Source of the DNA: Paraspadella gotoi
Lineage: Eukaryota; Animalia; Chaetognatha
Length of the DNA stretch: 64,000 bases
Assembly: GCA_051294375.1 (NCBI GenBank)
Contig: CM119263.1
Location: 26,204,758 to 26,268,757 of the forward strand
Reading direction: 5' to 3'
How positions within the stretch are numbered: the stretch's first letter is position 1; the number at the start of each line of letters is the position of its first letter. Below the pieces are notes generated by a model. That model made no database searches, had not been told where the DNA came from, and was given only the letters and a program-made list of their open reading frames with translations. Positions 60,045-64,000 of the stretch are shown here, piece after piece. Both the position numbers and the translations under genes were made by a program.

Positions 60045-60443
60045 TGTTTAACTTGATCGAGGTGATTCTTTTTAATAAATATAAAACGGATTTTTGTTTT
60101 TCAGTTTTGTCGCCCAAATTTTATGTTCTAATTCGGAAAGACTACTTTTTCGACTGAAAATTCCGCTGGTGCGGACTAGCGCACGTTTTGTGCGGCAAGA
60201 CGGACGGATGTTCGCGTTAATACGCAAAAAGGAAAAGTTTTGAAAAAAAAAGGCTAAAAGAATTTTTGTCTCCTAAAAGTTGTCATACGGTCTAAAATAA
60301 AATCCAATAAATACAATGACGAAAATTGGATTATTAGGCATCGGCGAGATTGCAAAAAAAAAAACAAAAGGCGGTTAACATCTAACATCTTACATCACTT
60401 GGTGCATTTGCGTAAGAAGATTGAACTCTAGACGCACGCAGGG

Positions 60444-60513
<70 letters not shown>

Positions 60514-60748
60514 CGAAAAGTAATTAGTGACAATTTAAAACCGCCGGGACATACGTACAGTCGTACACAAAGGAACGTTGACCAAACGAATGTAACTGGG
60601 GCTTTTACGACTCTAAGCAAAACAAAGAGCGGAATTGTAGAAATACTGAGACTGAGAGGTCGGCAACCGAAAACTTGGGAAAACAGCCAAACGTCGCTCA
60701 ACCAAAACACAAGACTCCATGTCGACGAAAAGCGAAGATATTTTATTT

Positions 60749-60787
<39 letters not shown>

Positions 60788-60877
60788 GCTCAAAATATAT
60801 CTCCTGCCAGTTTGTCAATCCTTTTTCTCATATTTCTTTCTGTCTTTTTTGCTCACTTGCATTTGTTTCCACTCTTA

Positions 60878-60919
<42 letters not shown>

Positions 60920-61021
60920 TCTCCTCTTCTCAACTCTTTTTCCTCCTCCACTCTACGCCTGCTTCATCGCCGTATCTTCCCTCCTTAAAATGTTTCCACC
61001 CTGAATTAATCAAATCGGCAG

Positions 61022-61087
<66 letters not shown>

Positions 61088-61089
61088 CC

Positions 61090-61147
61090 TTCTCCAAACA
61101 TAAAATACCAAGATGATTCCATGTAATCGATCTCCCTTTCTCTCTTT

Positions 61148-61185
<38 letters not shown>

Positions 61186-61303
61186 CTCTTTTCCTCCCAC
61201 ACATAAATACCAAGATGATTCCGTGTAATCGATCTCACTCTCTCTCTCTCTCTTTCTTCCTCCACACATAAATACCAAGATGATTCCGTGTAATCGATCT
61301 CAC

Positions 61304-61340
<37 letters not shown>

Positions 61341-61392
61341 TCCACACATTAAAATACCAAGATGATTTCGTGTAATCGATCTCACTCTCTCT

Positions 61393-61430
<38 letters not shown>

Positions 61431-61472
61431 TCCACACATAAAATACCAAGATGATTCCGTGTAATACGATCT

Positions 61473-61513
<41 letters not shown>

Positions 61514-61580
61514 TCCACACATAAAATACCAAGATGATTCCGTGTAATCGATCTCACTCTCTCTCTCTTTCTCTCTCTCT
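61090..61580. repeat. Compound minisatellite: about 45-bp unit plus variable (CT)n, 6 copies
   Basis: cctccacacataaaataccaagatgattccgtgtaatcgatctca separated by CT tracts. Confidence 0.9.
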
Positions 61581-63490
61581 GGAATCCCGTGGATTTCTGT
61601 CCCCATCCCCAATCCGGCAAACTTCCAGTCGGTCACTGATTAAAATCCGGCAAACCTCCCGGCAAGCCTTCCGGAGAGGGGCCGATCGATTTTCAAGCGG
61701 GCGTCGTTCGTACCATTACTAACAACGGCGAATCGGTTTATCTATCGCCCGTTCTCGCTGCTTCACTAAAGGACACTGCTACGCGCTGTTCCACACTGAT
61801 ATGCTGTATAATCTACACTTTGCATTTAGTGGTCCCAGAATCATTAATGTACCCTTGCATAAGTCATATGGCGGTTGTCGGTATGTCAGTATGTCGGTAT
61901 GTCGGTTCCACTAGTTTTCACACCCTTCTTCCCTTACCCCAACCCATCTTGAGCGCAAATCGAATCGCTCAAAAAAAAAGGAAAAAAAAAGAAAAGAAAA
62001 GAAGCGACCGATATATAAAGATCCTCTTCTCTCTTCTTCTTCCTCTCCTCTTCTCACTTTCTCCTCATCTTCTCCTCCACTGACTCCTCCCACTTGTTTT
62101 CATGGATGTCCCGTGAAATACCACGAGAAGAGAGGATAGAGGCAGAGAGAGAGCGAAGAGAATGAAGAAGAGCTAGAGAGATGAGAGAAGATGAAGATGA
62201 GAGAAGAAGAGGAGAAAAAAGAGCCGTGGACTACAAAGAATAAGGAGATGAGAAAAAAAGCAGGAATCGAAAAAGAAGAGATGGAAAAGGAACAATGAGG
62301 AAAAGGAGAAAAGAATGAAGAGAGACTAGGAGAAAAGAGAAAAAAAATTAAAGAGGAACAAGGAGAAGGAAGGAACATAGAGTATACTGGATGGAGGAGG
62401 AACACTCTGCGTCGGTAAGATAGGAATGGAAAAATAACACAACCCGAACCCCTCTAAAAAGGCGGAATTTCGATTTAAACAGATGAGAATGAAGGAAAAG
62501 CCGACGAGGAGGGAGATAGAGATGAGAAGAAAGAAGGGAGAGATGAGAAAGATTAAGAAACGAGAGGAGAGAGAAGTAGAGAGAGAGGTGAGAGAAGTTA
62601 TCCTGGACGTTGTTAAACCGCAAGATTTTTCCGGAGAGCTTCATGGATAAAAAGGGGAAAAAAAGGAATTTTCCGTCATCGAGTCGTTCATGCCGTTTTC
62701 GTCCCATGATCTCGAACGCGCTCTTTTCATTCAAACTCCATCCATTACGCCCACAAAAACTGGAGGGTAACGCGCGCGTGTATAGAAGATGAGAGATGAG
62801 ATGAAGATGAGACGAAGAGAGAGAGAATTAGGGAGAGAATGAGAGAGAGAGATAAATTCGAAGCAAAAAAACTACTCCCAGAACCATTTGAATCCGCCCG
62901 CCGCGTTTGGTGCCTCCATGTTGTTGCGGTCGTGTTAGCCGCTTATAGTTTTGTTTCCGGCTCGTTTTTTTTTTTTTTTCGCGTTTAATTGTTTATGATG
63001 TCAACGCCGGAGACTGCTTTCGTCTAAATCTCACGACCAACGGGAAGTTTTTAAAAACGTCCTCGCTCGCGAATCACGAAACATCCGAGGAAAACAAAAA
63101 CAACAAAAAAAAAACCAAAACTTTCGACGAAGGGAAGGAAGGTTTTTCTGTTTTGTTTTAAATGGTTGCGTAACTTGTAGCAAAACAGTTTAGAGCCAAA
63201 ACCCTAATAAATTTTTTTAGCGAAAATTTATATAAGATCCTACCAAAGATTTATTCTTTTTTTTTTTGGGGGGGGGGCGTTATGAGGCTACAAGATTGCT
63301 TATAATTCAGTATTCATATGTTATTTTAAATGGTGGATAAAGTGGTTATTGAGCGCGTTTAACTGTCTTTATTCATCCTGTTTAAGTTCCAATACATTTG
63401 AGAACATTGATACATGTATAGGTATTTTTACGGGACCTACAAAAATATAAGAATTTCAACTATTCGACCTTGGAAGCTTTGACAGTTTGT

Positions 63491-63542
<52 letters not shown>

Positions 63543-64000
63543 TGTCTGCTTAGCTTTCTAAAATCCTATAGTCACAAGTTCGCTGAGACGTATTCTGTTT
63601 CAAGCACGCGATGGTCGAAGAGAACGGTTGCAGTAGACCATAATGTAAAAAAAAAACATTCAGAATTTCAATACATATAATATTTAACATTAAAACAATG
63701 TCGTTTATTTCAGCATAAATCTTATTTTTAATATGCCTAAAACCCATTTAAGTCAACCCTTTTTACCGAGCAGCCGATCTATGATGTCATTTCAAATAAA
63801 ATTTTATTAAAAAAAATATTTATTGTGTTAATATAAAAAATTTACTTCAATTATTCCAATTATGAAATTATCAAAATCTCTCGACAACTTTAAAAATAAA
63901 ATAGAGAAGTGTTTAATCGATTTATTTGTGCCAACTGTTAGCGGATGAAATAAAAAGAGCAGCCACAACAACTACAAAAAAATATTATCAAGAGAGGAGG

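Noticed and set aside
61090-61580. CRISPR-like repeat-spacer appearance (also 15445-15597 and 55015-55112)
   Set aside because: Spacers are CT microsatellite or absent, there are no cas genes, and the context is eukaryotic.
60390-61620. ER/RE- and LS-repeat ORFs here and elsewhere
   Set aside because: Translations of (AG)n/(CT)n microsatellites.

Overview
This is AT-rich animal (invertebrate) genomic DNA with spliceosomal introns, many (AG)n tracts and three N-gaps; most entries in the ORF track are noise or single exons. I reconstructed gene models by hand from splice sites and exon phases. (1) A minus-strand secreted multidomain gene at 17063 to <=6091: signal peptide, ZP-N-like, 3xEGF, RRKR, NIDO, AMOP-like start. 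(2) An intact 8-exon L-lactate dehydrogenase-family gene at 27784-32245 that keeps the NAD-binding motif but has lost every catalytic residue. (3) A 12-exon SLC43-family MFS transporter at 33908-53701. Its 11-kb last intron holds three antisense orphan genes for single-pass, low-complexity membrane proteins; two of them are paralogs with a CDW[FY]C-TM motif and lie only 4 nt apart. Mobile DNA includes a complete TRIM with tRNA-like LTRs, Penelope remnants with minimal hammerhead motifs, DINE-1/HINE-like elements, MITEs and minisatellites. A 3.2-kb tandem duplication at about 20.35-26.8 kb is probably an assembly artefact. No database searches were run; family assignments come from recognising motifs.
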